Shown: one piece after another, positions 21,631 to 30,721 of the stretch
How the letters are laid out: every line of letters begins with the position of its first letter
Position numbering within the stretch: the first letter of the stretch is position 1
NCBI GenBank assembly: GCA_020050435.1
Contig: JAGVKQ010000011.1
Coordinates: 3,350 to 67,349 of the forward strand
Reading direction: 5' to 3'
Length of the DNA: 64,000 bases
From: Candidatus Caenarcanales bacterium
Lineage (GTDB): Bacteria; Cyanobacteriota; Vampirovibrionia; 2-02-FULL-35-15
The notes under the pieces: generated by a model
Told to the model about the DNA's origin: nothing
Databases searched by the model: none
What the model saw: the letters and a program-made list of their open reading frames with translations, nothing else
Translations under genes and position numbers: made by a program

Positions 21631-21764
21631 TAACTTATAGTGCTAATCCAGAAAATTGTCATTGCGAGGAGGATGAAATCCGACGAAGCAATCTTGCTTG
21701 ACCGATATTGCTTTGTGAGATTGCCACGTCGCCACTTCGTGGCTCCTCGCAATGACACAGTTCA
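21631..21764. mobile_element. MITE-like nested palindromic element (family A: gtcattgcgag...ctcgcaatgac) flanked by a 15-bp direct repeat TTAAAGCTCAGCAGC at 21616-21630 and 21765-21779
   Basis: The outer inverted repeat is tgtcattgcgaggagg / cctcctcgcaatgaca and the inner one is gaagcaatct..agattgc. The perfect 15-bp flanking duplication contains the stop codons of both convergent genes. Confidence 0.6.
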
Positions 21765-23435
21765 TTAAAGCTCAGCAGCAGCTAATTCACCACGTTTAAT
21801 AATTTCTTCTTTAGTTAGCTTTTCTTCACTAGAAACTGATTTGTAAAATTCAGAATCATATCTTCTAGTACGCACTACAATAGGCATTGGCATAGCATAG
21901 CCAAACATTAATACTTCTTGTTTAGGGTTTAGCTGGGAAAGAATAGCTTTTAATTCCTGTCCACCAGACTCCCCTACAAACACGGCATTGATATCATTCT
22001 CATCATTTAAAAGAAGAGTGGCTCTCGTTCCTATCTGAGACATTATTTCATTGTCGATTCCTGATGGTCTTTGATCTACGATTAAAAGGGTGACATTATA
22101 TTTTCTAAGTTCACGAGCTATGATGCCAAAAGTTGAAAATCTGGCTACCTGTGGAGATAAAAACTTATGTGCTTCTTCTATAGTGATAACTAATCTCTTA
22201 GGCGGCTGGTATTTATCTGGTGCTAATAAATACTTTTCAGTCATATCTACATAAGCTGCATGGATGTGTCTGGTAATAATGTTTGCAGCTAGCATATAAC
22301 TTTTTAAATTACTAAGTCTTCCAAACTGTAAAACTACACTTCTGCCACTGGTTAGAAAGCTAAGAATTTTTTTAATGCCATCAAAACTAGTGACTGATTT
22401 TAAGTATTTTACTGAATCTACTAATGTGTTTAATTTTCTTTGAAGAGCTAGTATGGAACCCTGATTAGCACCATACTGAGCACAGAACTCTTCTATGTGT
22501 CCTACTGTCATATTGCAAAGTTTATTAAACCAGTCTCTTTCATATTCTCTTTGAATCATTCGAGCATGATCTATCATAGCCTCAGATAAGCCTAGTTCGC
22601 TTTGAAGTAGTTCTAAGTCTTCTATATCTATCTGGCTAAATGCTATTTCTAATGTCTGTGCATCTTTAAATGTATAAGATTTATTGTCTGGATCTAGTGT
22701 GAAAACTTCTATCTTGTCGTTAAATAATTGCTTTAATCCTTTTGATGAGGCTTGTTTTTCATCTGTACCTTGCCAGCCGTACTCATTGTGCATGTCAAAA
22801 ATTAATACACTGGCAGCATCTTTTTTCAATATTCCTGAAAGAAGTATTCTGCTCAAGAATGATTTTCCTGTTCCAGACTTTCCAAACACAGCATTTGATC
22901 TTTCTACAAACTTTTCAAGATTTATACAAAGTGGAATGTCCATTTCAGCAGGATAGCCAATGTGAAAGTTTTTATTATTCTTTTCATCTTTCCCAAAGAT
23001 TTCTTCTATGTCATTTTCTGTGGCTTCATATACAGAGGAGAAGTGTGGTGGAATGGTTTTTACTTTAGGGACATCTTCTAAAGACTTTTTATTAGTTAAG
23101 TCGACCATTAAGAATGGAGTTAAATGTACTAATCCATATACAGAAGTACCCTTTAAAACCTCTTTAATAAAACTATCGTTAGGTGATGGAATATGATTTA
23201 AGAATTTAGCATTAGAAGATTGAAGTTCTATATCTGTAACCATTGAGAAAAATTTATTTCTTTCTCCTTGTATGACTACGAATTTCCCAATTCTTAATTT
23301 TTCAATATCATAGCTATTGTCTAATTTTAAAAGTAAGCCTTTAGTGAAGGATCCTGAGACCACCTGACCAACGAGGCTTTGTGCTAACGTGCCTACGTTC
23401 CCACGTTCCGACGAATCTGTTTTATAGTCCTTCAT
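21765..23435 (-). CDS. HerA/FtsK-like P-loop ATPase (DUF87-type, HerA-like helicase)
   Basis: 556 aa with an N-terminal beta-barrel-like region, Walker A FGKSGTGKSF, the HerA-typical ITIEEAHKF block, and Walker B/Arg-finger region LLIVDQRPSGID. Confidence 0.75.
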   Translation of the reverse strand: MKDYKTDSSERGNVGTLAQSLVGQVVSGSFTKGLLLKLDNSYDIEKLRIGKFVVIQGERNKFFSMVTDIELQSSNAKFLNHIPSPNDSFIKEVLKGTSVYGLVHLTPFLMVDLTNKKSLEDVPKVKTIPPHFSSVYEATENDIEEIFGKDEKNNKNFHIGYPAEMDIPLCINLEKFVERSNAVFGKSGTGKSFLSRILLSGILKKDAASVLIFDMHNEYGWQGTDEKQASSKGLKQLFNDKIEVFTLDPDNKSYTFKDAQTLEIAFSQIDIEDLELLQSELGLSEAMIDHARMIQREYERDWFNKLCNMTVGHIEEFCAQYGANQGSILALQRKLNTLVDSVKYLKSVTSFDGIKKILSFLTSGRSVVLQFGRLSNLKSYMLAANIITRHIHAAYVDMTEKYLLAPDKYQPPKRLVITIEEAHKFLSPQVARFSTFGIIARELRKYNVTLLIVDQRPSGIDNEIMSQIGTRATLLLNDENDINAVFVGESGGQELKAILSQLNPKQEVLMFGYAMPMPIVVRTRRYDSEFYKSVSSEEKLTKEEIIKRGELAAAEL

Positions 23436-23466
23436 AGTCCTATATTGTCCTTTATAGTCCTATAAC
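23421..23466. promoter_or_regulatory. Four helically phased 10-bp direct repeats (t-w-atagtcc; GGACTAT on the minus strand) spanning the pxpA stop, the 25-bp intergenic gap and the HerA-like start codon
   Basis: Read directly: tttatagtcc ttcatagtcc tatattgtcc tttatagtcc. The core is related to the GGACTAT cores of repeat family B. Confidence 0.3.
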
Positions 23467-24365
23467 AGAGCTGCTAAACCAGCTGCAAATTTTTCATATT
23501 TGTCAGTGTTTAGTGGTTTTGGGTTAGGGACCATAGCTTTTACCATCTGAGCAAGCTCTACTGAGTCTGAATTATCGGATGGAACGTGAATTGTTTCTAC
23601 GTTTGCTTTTATTTTACTTTTATCTTCGCATGTTATTGAACCAGTTTGAATAAGATCTCTTACTCTTTTTCCAGCTTCAACAACGAAATTTTTCCCATCA
23701 ATGCTTTGGCTAAATGGAAGGATTGTTCCATCTCTTCTATATCTTCTGGCTACTTGTACTTCTTGTGCACATTTAATATTTGCATTTGTAGTAGCAGCCT
23801 GAATAATTGGTCCACTAAGACCCACAAGAGTAATCCATTTACTATATTCGCCTATTGCTTTAGCTACAGTTTCTGCAATTAAAAGATCTGTGTAAAGTTG
23901 TTTGTATAAGAATCCATGAGCTCTTACGTGACTTATTTCAAGCCCTTTAGCATGAACTAAACCATTTAATGCTCCCAGCTGATATAAAACCAATGCTCTG
24001 ATTTCATCTACGCCTAGGTACATTTCTCTTTCCCCATTACCAGCTATGTCATTGTAACCAATGAGAGCTCCTACACTAATCTGGTGATTTTTTGCTGTAT
24101 CAATAGATCTTGCCATGGTAAGTGGATCACCAGCATGTGCTCCACATGCAATGTTTATAGATGTTACATGTGGAATTATTTTTTCTTCAAATTGATTTTG
24201 ATAAATCCCAAAGCCTTGACCGACGTTACAATTTATATCCAATGTGCGTTTTGGTGAAATTAAATCCTTGTCAGCTTGCTGAGTTGATGATGTTGGTCTG
24301 GTGCCAGGTCTACCATATTTTTTTGGACCAAATTTACCTCTATTATTGTTAAATCTTCTTTGCAT
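23460..24365 (-). CDS. pxpA: 5-oxoprolinase subunit A / LamB-YcsF family lactam utilisation protein with a ~40-aa basic N-terminal extension
   Basis: INIACGAHAGDP together with the HVRAHG and LVGLSGP blocks match PxpA (YbgL). The N-terminus MQRRFNNNRGKFGPKKYGRPGTRP is low-complexity and basic. Confidence 0.75.
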   Translation of the reverse strand: MQRRFNNNRGKFGPKKYGRPGTRPTSSTQQADKDLISPKRTLDINCNVGQGFGIYQNQFEEKIIPHVTSINIACGAHAGDPLTMARSIDTAKNHQISVGALIGYNDIAGNGEREMYLGVDEIRALVLYQLGALNGLVHAKGLEISHVRAHGFLYKQLYTDLLIAETVAKAIGEYSKWITLVGLSGPIIQAATTNANIKCAQEVQVARRYRRDGTILPFSQSIDGKNFVVEAGKRVRDLIQTGSITCEDKSKIKANVETIHVPSDNSDSVELAQMVKAMVPNPKPLNTDKYEKFAAGLAALL

Positions 24366-24379
24366 ACAATTTCCTTTTT

Positions 24380-25333
24380 TTAATGTACCGCTACTTTATC
24401 ATGTAAAGTCTCTAAATAACCTAGTGCCATTGTAGCAGCTAGTGAACCATCAGCAGCAGCAGTAACTGCTTGTTTCAATGGGGTTTCTCTAACGTCACCT
24501 GCAGCATAAACTCCAGGAACATTAGTTTCCATCTTTTCATTTGTAATGATTCTGCCACCACTGTCTAAATTAACTAGATCTTTAAAAAACACAGTATTTG
24601 GTACAAGCCCAACATAAATAAAAACACCATCACATTTGAAATCTTTCTCTTCACCAGATTTAGTATTTTTCAATGTTACTGAGGTGACACCTAAAACATC
24701 ACCGTTGATTTTAGGTACAGTAGTATCCCAAACAATATTTATTTTAGGGTTTTTAAATGCTCTGTCTTGAATAATTTTTTCTGCTCTAAATTCATTTCTT
24801 CTATGAACAATGGTGACTTTAGAAGCATATCTGGTTAGATATGTACCTTCTTCTACGGCTGCGTCTCCACCACCTATGACGACTAATTCTTTTTCTTTAA
24901 AAAATGCACCATCACAAACTGCACAGTAACTAACTCCTTTTCCTGAATATTCTATTTCTCCAGGTGCGCCAAGTTTTTTATATTCTGAACCAGTTGCAAC
25001 AATTAGTACCTTTGCTTTAAAGGTCCCTTTATCAGTTTCAATAATTTTGTAATCACTAGTAAAACTAACGGTTTTAGTTTCTACATTGTTTATAATTTCA
25101 CAACCAAACCTTTTTGTTTGTGTTTCCATTGCTTGAGCTATTTGTGGACCAGTTACATGATCCATGCCAGGATAATTTTCTACTTCAAGAGTGTTGTTTA
25201 GCTGTCCGCCTGGAATTAATTTTTCTAAAATAACAGTTTTTACATTTCCTCTAGCTGCATAAAGACCTGCTGAAAGTCCAGCTGGGCCTCCACCTAAGAT
25301 GATAATGTCGTACTCTTTTATGTCTGTTGTCAT
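24380..25333 (-). CDS. trxB: Thioredoxin-disulfide reductase
   Basis: FAD motif IILGGGPAGLSAG, the redox-active CAVCDGAFF, and the NADPH motif VIGGGDAAVEE. Confidence 0.9.
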   Translation of the reverse strand: MTTDIKEYDIIILGGGPAGLSAGLYAARGNVKTVILEKLIPGGQLNNTLEVENYPGMDHVTGPQIAQAMETQTKRFGCEIINNVETKTVSFTSDYKIIETDKGTFKAKVLIVATGSEYKKLGAPGEIEYSGKGVSYCAVCDGAFFKEKELVVIGGGDAAVEEGTYLTRYASKVTIVHRRNEFRAEKIIQDRAFKNPKINIVWDTTVPKINGDVLGVTSVTLKNTKSGEEKDFKCDGVFIYVGLVPNTVFFKDLVNLDSGGRIITNEKMETNVPGVYAAGDVRETPLKQAVTAAADGSLAATMALGYLETLHDKVAVH

Positions 25334-25376
25334 ACAATCTCTTTTCTCTGTTTATTATACTTGATGAAGATTTTTA

Positions 25377-26264
25377 TTATATATCTGAGCTTCTAATAGT
25401 AAAATGATGCGCCCCAGATAAATTAATTAATTTATCTAATTTTTCTTGTCTTTCTTTTGTCGCTTTGGCGTATGCTGCATGGATATCTTTGCTATCAGTA
25501 TTAACAGTACAATGCTCTTTTGTCTCTGGGTCAAAAATAGTTATATATCCTGCTTTTGGCAATTCATAATCAATTTCATCATAGATTTGAAATAGATAAG
25601 TGTTTTGTTTTGAAGCAGTTTCAAAAAATATTTTTTCAAAATTATACAGATTAATAAAGTCACTAATTATAAAAATAATTCCTTTCTTTGAAAAATATTG
25701 CCTGGTGAAATCAATTGCTTTAAAAATGTTTGTAGTTTCTCTTTCTCCTGTAACTTTTTGATCTAAATTAAAATAGTAATCAAGCAATGTTTCAAAGATT
25801 ATATTTGTCTGAGCACTTGAGTGAGAAAGAGGGAAATGATACTTAATATCATCCTTGAAAAATATAGCTCCTACTTTCTCGCTAAATTTCGATGTTAGGT
25901 TTAAAACAAAAGCCACCGTTTTTATAAATGTCTCAAACTTTTCTCCACAAAACATTGAATTAGAAATATCTATGAGTAAAAGAGACTTAAATTCTTTTTC
26001 ACTGAAGTATTCTTTTGTGTGTAGTTTGCCAGTTTTAGCTGTAGTGGACCAGCTTATATGCCTTAAATCATCTCCAATTTTATATTCTCTAATTTCATTA
26101 AAATCAAAACCAGGACCTGAAAGCGTGCTTTGGAAGTGTCCAGCTATAGAAGATTCAATCTTCTTTAATTTGTTTTTATTCAGATCGACTTGCCTTAAAA
26201 AATCCTTTAAGCTCAGATTTGGGTTAGAGGATTTCTCTTGCAATAACGAGCTGTTGTATTTCAT
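25377..26264 (-). CDS. DUF58 domain protein; the start is uncertain (26264-26297) and overlaps the 3' end of the upstream acyl-CoA dehydrogenase gene
   Basis: GDDLRHISWSTTAKTGKLHTKEY matches the DUF58 signature D.R.I.W...AR...L.V.E. Confidence 0.55.
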   Translation of the reverse strand: MKYNSSLLQEKSSNPNLSLKDFLRQVDLNKNKLKKIESSIAGHFQSTLSGPGFDFNEIREYKIGDDLRHISWSTTAKTGKLHTKEYFSEKEFKSLLLIDISNSMFCGEKFETFIKTVAFVLNLTSKFSEKVGAIFFKDDIKYHFPLSHSSAQTNIIFETLLDYYFNLDQKVTGERETTNIFKAIDFTRQYFSKKGIIFIISDFINLYNFEKIFFETASKQNTYLFQIYDEIDYELPKAGYITIFDPETKEHCTVNTDSKDIHAAYAKATKERQEKLDKLINLSGAHHFTIRSSDI

Positions 26265-27315
26265 TCGTTCCTTCATAAATTTCAAGAACCTTTGCATCTT
26301 TATATGCTTTTGCTACATAAGAATCTTCTATTAATCCTTTCCCTCCCAGGATTTGGACAGCATTTGATGAGTGTCTTTGTGCTGCTTTTGTACTGAAGGA
26401 TTTACTCATGCTGGAAAGTTTATTTAATTCACTGCTGTTAGTGTCTTTTGCCCATGCTGTTTTATAAAGTAAAAGTCTGGCTCCATCTAGATCTTTACTC
26501 ATATCAGCTATGTACCATTGAATAGCTTGAAAATCAGAAATTGATTTCCCAAATTGATTTCTTTTTACACTATGTTTTACAGCTTCTTCTAATACACCAT
26601 TTAAAAGCCCGATGGCTTGTGCCGAACAGAAAATTCTTCCATTGGTAATAGTAGAAAGAGCAATTTTTACCCCATCTCCAGTAGTTCCTATAATATTTTT
26701 CTCGTCAACCTCTACGTCTTTTAAAATTATTTCATTTGAAGGTGTAGTTTTTATCCCTAGTTTTGGTGTACTTTCTTTTATTTCAATTCCTTTTTGTTTT
26801 GAGTCTATTAAAAAAGCGGTAATTCCAGACTTGTCACCTTTTTCTTTAGTTTGTGCAAATAAAATAATTAAGTCACATATTGATCCGTTGCTAGCCCAGA
26901 TTTTTTTACCATTTATGAGCCACTTGTTTCCATTTCTTACTGCATTTGTTTCAATCTGGCTAATGTCAGATCCTGCATTTTCTTCTGTAAGGGAAAAGCA
27001 TGAAATCTCTTTTCCGCTAATTAGATTTTCTAAGTGCTTATTTTTTATATCTTCACTTCCAAAACTCTTAATAATTTCAATGTTTGCAAAATGTGTAAGT
27101 AAAAACAATCCTATTCCTGGATCAAGTTTGCAAATTGTCTCAGTAAGTAAAATGTTCTTTAAGAAAGAGTTAGTGTTTGCTATGTAGTTATTTTTATATA
27201 ATTCTTGCCAGAGAGATCTTAGGTTTAGTTCACCTTTCAAGCTCTTTTTTAAAAAATCTTCTAAATCTTTTTTAAAGTCAACGTTTTCTTTGGACAATTG
27301 AGTTTGCATAAGCAA
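26224..27315 (-). CDS. Acyl-CoA dehydrogenase family protein
   Basis: 363 aa with the C-terminus LEIYEGTNEIQQLVIAREIL, the canonical ACAD ending, and an FAD-binding middle domain. Confidence 0.85.
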   Translation of the reverse strand: MLMQTQLSKENVDFKKDLEDFLKKSLKGELNLRSLWQELYKNNYIANTNSFLKNILLTETICKLDPGIGLFLLTHFANIEIIKSFGSEDIKNKHLENLISGKEISCFSLTEENAGSDISQIETNAVRNGNKWLINGKKIWASNGSICDLIILFAQTKEKGDKSGITAFLIDSKQKGIEIKESTPKLGIKTTPSNEIILKDVEVDEKNIIGTTGDGVKIALSTITNGRIFCSAQAIGLLNGVLEEAVKHSVKRNQFGKSISDFQAIQWYIADMSKDLDGARLLLYKTAWAKDTNSSELNKLSSMSKSFSTKAAQRHSSNAVQILGGKGLIEDSYVAKAYKDAKVLEIYEGTNEIQQLVIAREIL

Positions 27316-27367
27316 ATTATAACTTGTCCTATAGGTATAAACTCCTATACTAAATTGTTGATGAATC

Positions 27368-27568
27368 TTATGAGAGTAATAATCTTTTTTCTAATTCTTC
27401 AGAAATCTCATATAAATCAATAAGAAGGTTTCCAGTCAATGCAAAGTCTTCTGTTTCAGGGTCTAATCTTGTAATTTTTTCTTTAACTAAAATTAATCCA
27501 CCAAGTAAAGTCTTAGTTTCTACTTCTTGCCAGCTTTGATATGTCTTTTTTTGATGATTTCTTTCCAT
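27368..27568 (-). CDS. Small hypothetical protein (66 aa)
   Basis: It is the only ORF in a 375-bp gap, and support is weak. Confidence 0.25.
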   Translation of the reverse strand: MERNHQKKTYQSWQEVETKTLLGGLILVKEKITRLDPETEDFALTGNLLIDLYEISEELEKRLLLS

Positions 27569-27690
27569 TTTTTCCTTAAAAATCCTTATTTATATTGAAA
27601 CTATTAGGGGTAATTATCTTCGTATAAGTTATCTACCCACTATTTGTTAAAAAGTGGTATATATATAATTAAATAGTCTGAAAAACTTAG

Positions 27691-28761
27691 TTGTTTAAAG
27701 GATATCCCTCAATGTCATCACTAATATATTTATCTGGTCCACAATCAAAAGTAAGTGATCCTTCTTTTCCTATTTCTACTGATTGGAAAACTTATGCAGC
27801 AAGTACTTTTATGAAATCAGGAATTAATGTTTCAAACCCAATTGAGCTCGATCTTTCAGGGTTTGTTAGTACTACTGATGATTCTGGCAATGCAATTAAA
27901 TACTCATTGAACTTAATAGATAAATCAGATTCTCTTCTAGCTAATCTTTCTCAGGTTGCAGAGTCTACTACTATGGAAATGTTTTACGCTCATAATCAAG
28001 GTAAGAGAGTTGTAGTAGTAGGTAGTGAACCATTTAGTCCTTGGGTAATGTTTCATTCTGAAGCTAGATTTCAAAGATTGAGAGATGCTCTGGATTACTT
28101 AGTAAGCAATTCTCATGGTGTAGATAATGTTATGTGGGCAAGTCAATTTGAATCTCAGTTAGTAAAAAGATCTGAACAGTTTCCACCTCATGGCGAAGCA
28201 GATTTTGAGTATTATGGGGGTGACATTCCTGTTTTAGTAATTGCTCCTCATTCCACTAGTTATTTTAGAGGTGGGAATTTATACTCTCAGGAATCATTTA
28301 CGGGCTCACTTTCAGTTTTACTTCATCGGTTGTCTGGTTGCCATAGTTTAATTAGTTCTTATTGTATGGCTGCAGACCCAGTTCTATACTTGAATTCCCC
28401 TTTTTCAAATTTCACATCTCAATTGATTAAAAAATCAAATGTAAAACTTGTTCTTGTTCTTAGAGGGCTTGAATGGTCAAATCACAACGACTTGATTTTA
28501 AATAACAGAAATAAAAACTCATTGATAAATAAAACTGAATATTTAAATCTTTTAACAAGTATGCTCAAAGTTAAAGAATTTAAAGATATTGGATTTGATT
28601 CACCAGACGTGGCTATTCATCCGTTTTTTGAAGATCTTCCTGTTCCAGTTTTAGAGATTCATGTAAATAAAAGGTATAGATTGCCTAGTTTACACCCCAC
28701 TCAATTTTCTAATCTTTATACAGCTCTTGCACAGTATTTAATGCTTGTTGGTATTGGTTAG
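27691..28761 (+). CDS. Fusion protein: an N-terminal nucleoside 2-deoxyribosyltransferase-like (NDT/Rcl-fold) domain plus a ~230-aa C-terminal domain of unknown function
   Basis: LIYLSGPQ at the N-terminus and ESTTMEMFYAHNQGKRVVVV resemble the NDT-family YLAGP and GTAFELGYAYALGKPV blocks. The C-terminal half has no recognisable motif. Confidence 0.45.
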   Translation: MFKGYPSMSSLIYLSGPQSKVSDPSFPISTDWKTYAASTFMKSGINVSNPIELDLSGFVSTTDDSGNAIKYSLNLIDKSDSLLANLSQVAESTTMEMFYAHNQGKRVVVVGSEPFSPWVMFHSEARFQRLRDALDYLVSNSHGVDNVMWASQFESQLVKRSEQFPPHGEADFEYYGGDIPVLVIAPHSTSYFRGGNLYSQESFTGSLSVLLHRLSGCHSLISSYCMAADPVLYLNSPFSNFTSQLIKKSNVKLVLVLRGLEWSNHNDLILNNRNKNSLINKTEYLNLLTSMLKVKEFKDIGFDSPDVAIHPFFEDLPVPVLEIHVNKRYRLPSLHPTQFSNLYTALAQYLMLVGIG

Positions 28762-28796
28762 AACAGTTGATGGTTTGATAGTTGATGGTTTGATGG

Positions 28797-29321
28797 TTAT
28801 TTGAACCTTCGCTTGAATTTAAATGCACTCTTGTAAATTGTTTTTAAATCTTTTTTTAAGACTGGATGAATCAATTTTTTTTCTAGTTCTAATAATGGAA
28901 TTAAAACAAAATATCTTTTTTCAATTTTTGGATGAGGAATGATCAAGTTCTTAGTTTTAACAATTTTATTTCCATAAAAAAGAATGTCTAGGTCAATTGT
29001 CCTGGAGAAATACTGACGAGATGGCGAAACGCCCCATCTTTTTTCTCTCCCCAGCTTCCTCTCAACCCCCTTGCAAACTTTTAGCAATTGCAATGGTGTC
29101 AGCGAGGTCTCTATTTTAATTGCCCCATTTAAAAAATAACCAGACTTAATCCCTTCTTGTGGTGGGTTTTTAAGCATTTTTGAAATTTGTATAATTTTTA
29201 TCTTTTTATTTTTGCTTAGTAGATCAAGAGCATTGTTAAGATTTTTCTTTCTATTGCCTTTATTTGTACCTATGCCAAGGAGGACGGTTGATGGTTTATG
29301 GTTTTTGGTTGATGATTTCAT
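28797..29321 (-). CDS. folK: 2-amino-4-hydroxy-6-hydroxymethyldihydropteridine pyrophosphokinase (HPPK)
   Basis: 174 aa. The IDLDILFYG motif and the GPRTIDLDIL-like region are typical of FolK. Confidence 0.85.
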   Translation of the reverse strand: MKSSTKNHKPSTVLLGIGTNKGNRKKNLNNALDLLSKNKKIKIIQISKMLKNPPQEGIKSGYFLNGAIKIETSLTPLQLLKVCKGVERKLGREKRWGVSPSRQYFSRTIDLDILFYGNKIVKTKNLIIPHPKIEKRYFVLIPLLELEKKLIHPVLKKDLKTIYKSAFKFKRRFK

Positions 29322-29606
29322 GATCTTATGGTTTGATAGTCTTATGGTCTCATAGCTTCATGGTTTTCTTAACCATTTAACCAAATTATGAATAATGAAC
29401 TCCATTCTTTTAACAAACAGATAAAACGTACTACGTTTTACCAAACCTTAAGTAAATTTTAATGATCTTATAAAAAATGGCCTTGACTTTAAAAGTTAAG
29501 ATTTAGTAAAGTGTAAGTATATAGTCAATGACTATAGTTCTAAAGTTCATATCTGATCTATATAAAATAAGCATATAAGATAACAATATTTAAGGAAGGC
29601 ATACAA

Positions 29607-30599
29607 ATGACAGCTATCAAAGTAGGTAATTACGACGCAAAAGTAAATATTACAGAACTTGCAAAGTTAACAAGTAAACCTTTTACTGACCAAACCCCAG
29701 TTCAAGAAGTTACCGCTGCAGTTGTTGGGTTAAGTGATGCTCAATTACAAACCCAAGGATTACTTACTAATCCTGATGATTCACAAGTAAATTTTCAAGC
29801 TTTTATTGCTCAAGTTACTAATGTTAGGCAGGCTATGGCTAAAGTCGCAGCTGCACAAAAAACGCTTGGTGCAACATTTAATATTCCAAAAGAAGGTGGA
29901 AGTCTTGATATTCCTGATGGAGTAAAACTAGAAGCTGCTTCATTAAAAGTTGATGATAGTAAAGGTTTCACATTGACGGAAACAGAAGGTAAATTAAATA
30001 TTCAAATCACAGATGCAATTAAGTTAGCTAAGGGTCAAAATCATGAGATATCTTACACCATTGATGGTGTACCGCAAAAGGCTACTATTGGAGTGACTCT
30101 TAAAGCTGAAAATGCACCAGCAGCAACAAAATTAAATGCTAATTTAGAGAAGGATGTTGAAACGCCACTAGACAAGGTCCTTCCTGGATTTTCAAATGTA
30201 ACTTTTGAAGGTTCACAAATTACTCAATCTACTAAAAAAGTAGGAGAGAAAGATGTTCCTCATATTAAGCATAGTTCTGATAAGGACTTTACCGTTAAAG
30301 GAAAAGGAACTAAGGATGGTAAACCTGATGTACCGTTTGAACTAACTATTAAAGCAAAAGCCGCAGAAACATCAAAGACTTGGTCACTTTGGGTTGGTGG
30401 AATTGCAGCAGTTCTTGGACTTGTAGGTGTAGGAGCAGCAGCTACTAGTGATGGTAGTGCTAAACCATGGGTAACATTGATAACTGGAGCATTGGCTGCA
30501 CTAGGACTTAAATGGGCTGTTGATAGCTATTTAGATAAACCAGGAGATACTAAACCAGGAACTACTCCAGCAACAAAACCAGTAACAAATCCAACATAA
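29607..30599 (+). CDS. Hypothetical membrane-anchored protein (330 aa) with two C-terminal Gly/Ala-rich TM helices and a Pro/Thr-rich tail
   Basis: There is a strong Shine-Dalgarno (AAGGAAGG). The protein has no signal peptide. C-terminal WSLWVGGIAAVLGLVGVGAAA and WVTLITGALAALGLKWAV helices are followed by KPGDTKPGTTPATKPVTNPT. Confidence 0.5.
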   Translation: MTAIKVGNYDAKVNITELAKLTSKPFTDQTPVQEVTAAVVGLSDAQLQTQGLLTNPDDSQVNFQAFIAQVTNVRQAMAKVAAAQKTLGATFNIPKEGGSLDIPDGVKLEAASLKVDDSKGFTLTETEGKLNIQITDAIKLAKGQNHEISYTIDGVPQKATIGVTLKAENAPAATKLNANLEKDVETPLDKVLPGFSNVTFEGSQITQSTKKVGEKDVPHIKHSSDKDFTVKGKGTKDGKPDVPFELTIKAKAAETSKTWSLWVGGIAAVLGLVGVGAAATSDGSAKPWVTLITGALAALGLKWAVDSYLDKPGDTKPGTTPATKPVTNPT

Positions 30600-30721
30600 A
30601 CTTTTTAAAGGAGGAAAGTCCGGGCAATTCATGAATTGCCTCTTCAGGTTAGGAAATAAATCATCGATCATTTTTTTAATTAATAATATATTTTAAGTTC
30701 TTTTTTTTATAATTTTATTTT

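Noticed and set aside
22684-23196. Antisense ORFs within the HerA-like gene (22684-22956, 22742-23068, 23008-23196)
   Set aside because: They lie entirely inside a well-supported ATPase gene on the opposite strand and have no independent signals.
26612-27187. 191-aa + strand ORF inside the acyl-CoA dehydrogenase gene, and 25855-26334 inside the DUF58 gene
   Set aside because: They are antisense, hydrophobic or low-complexity translations with no start signals.
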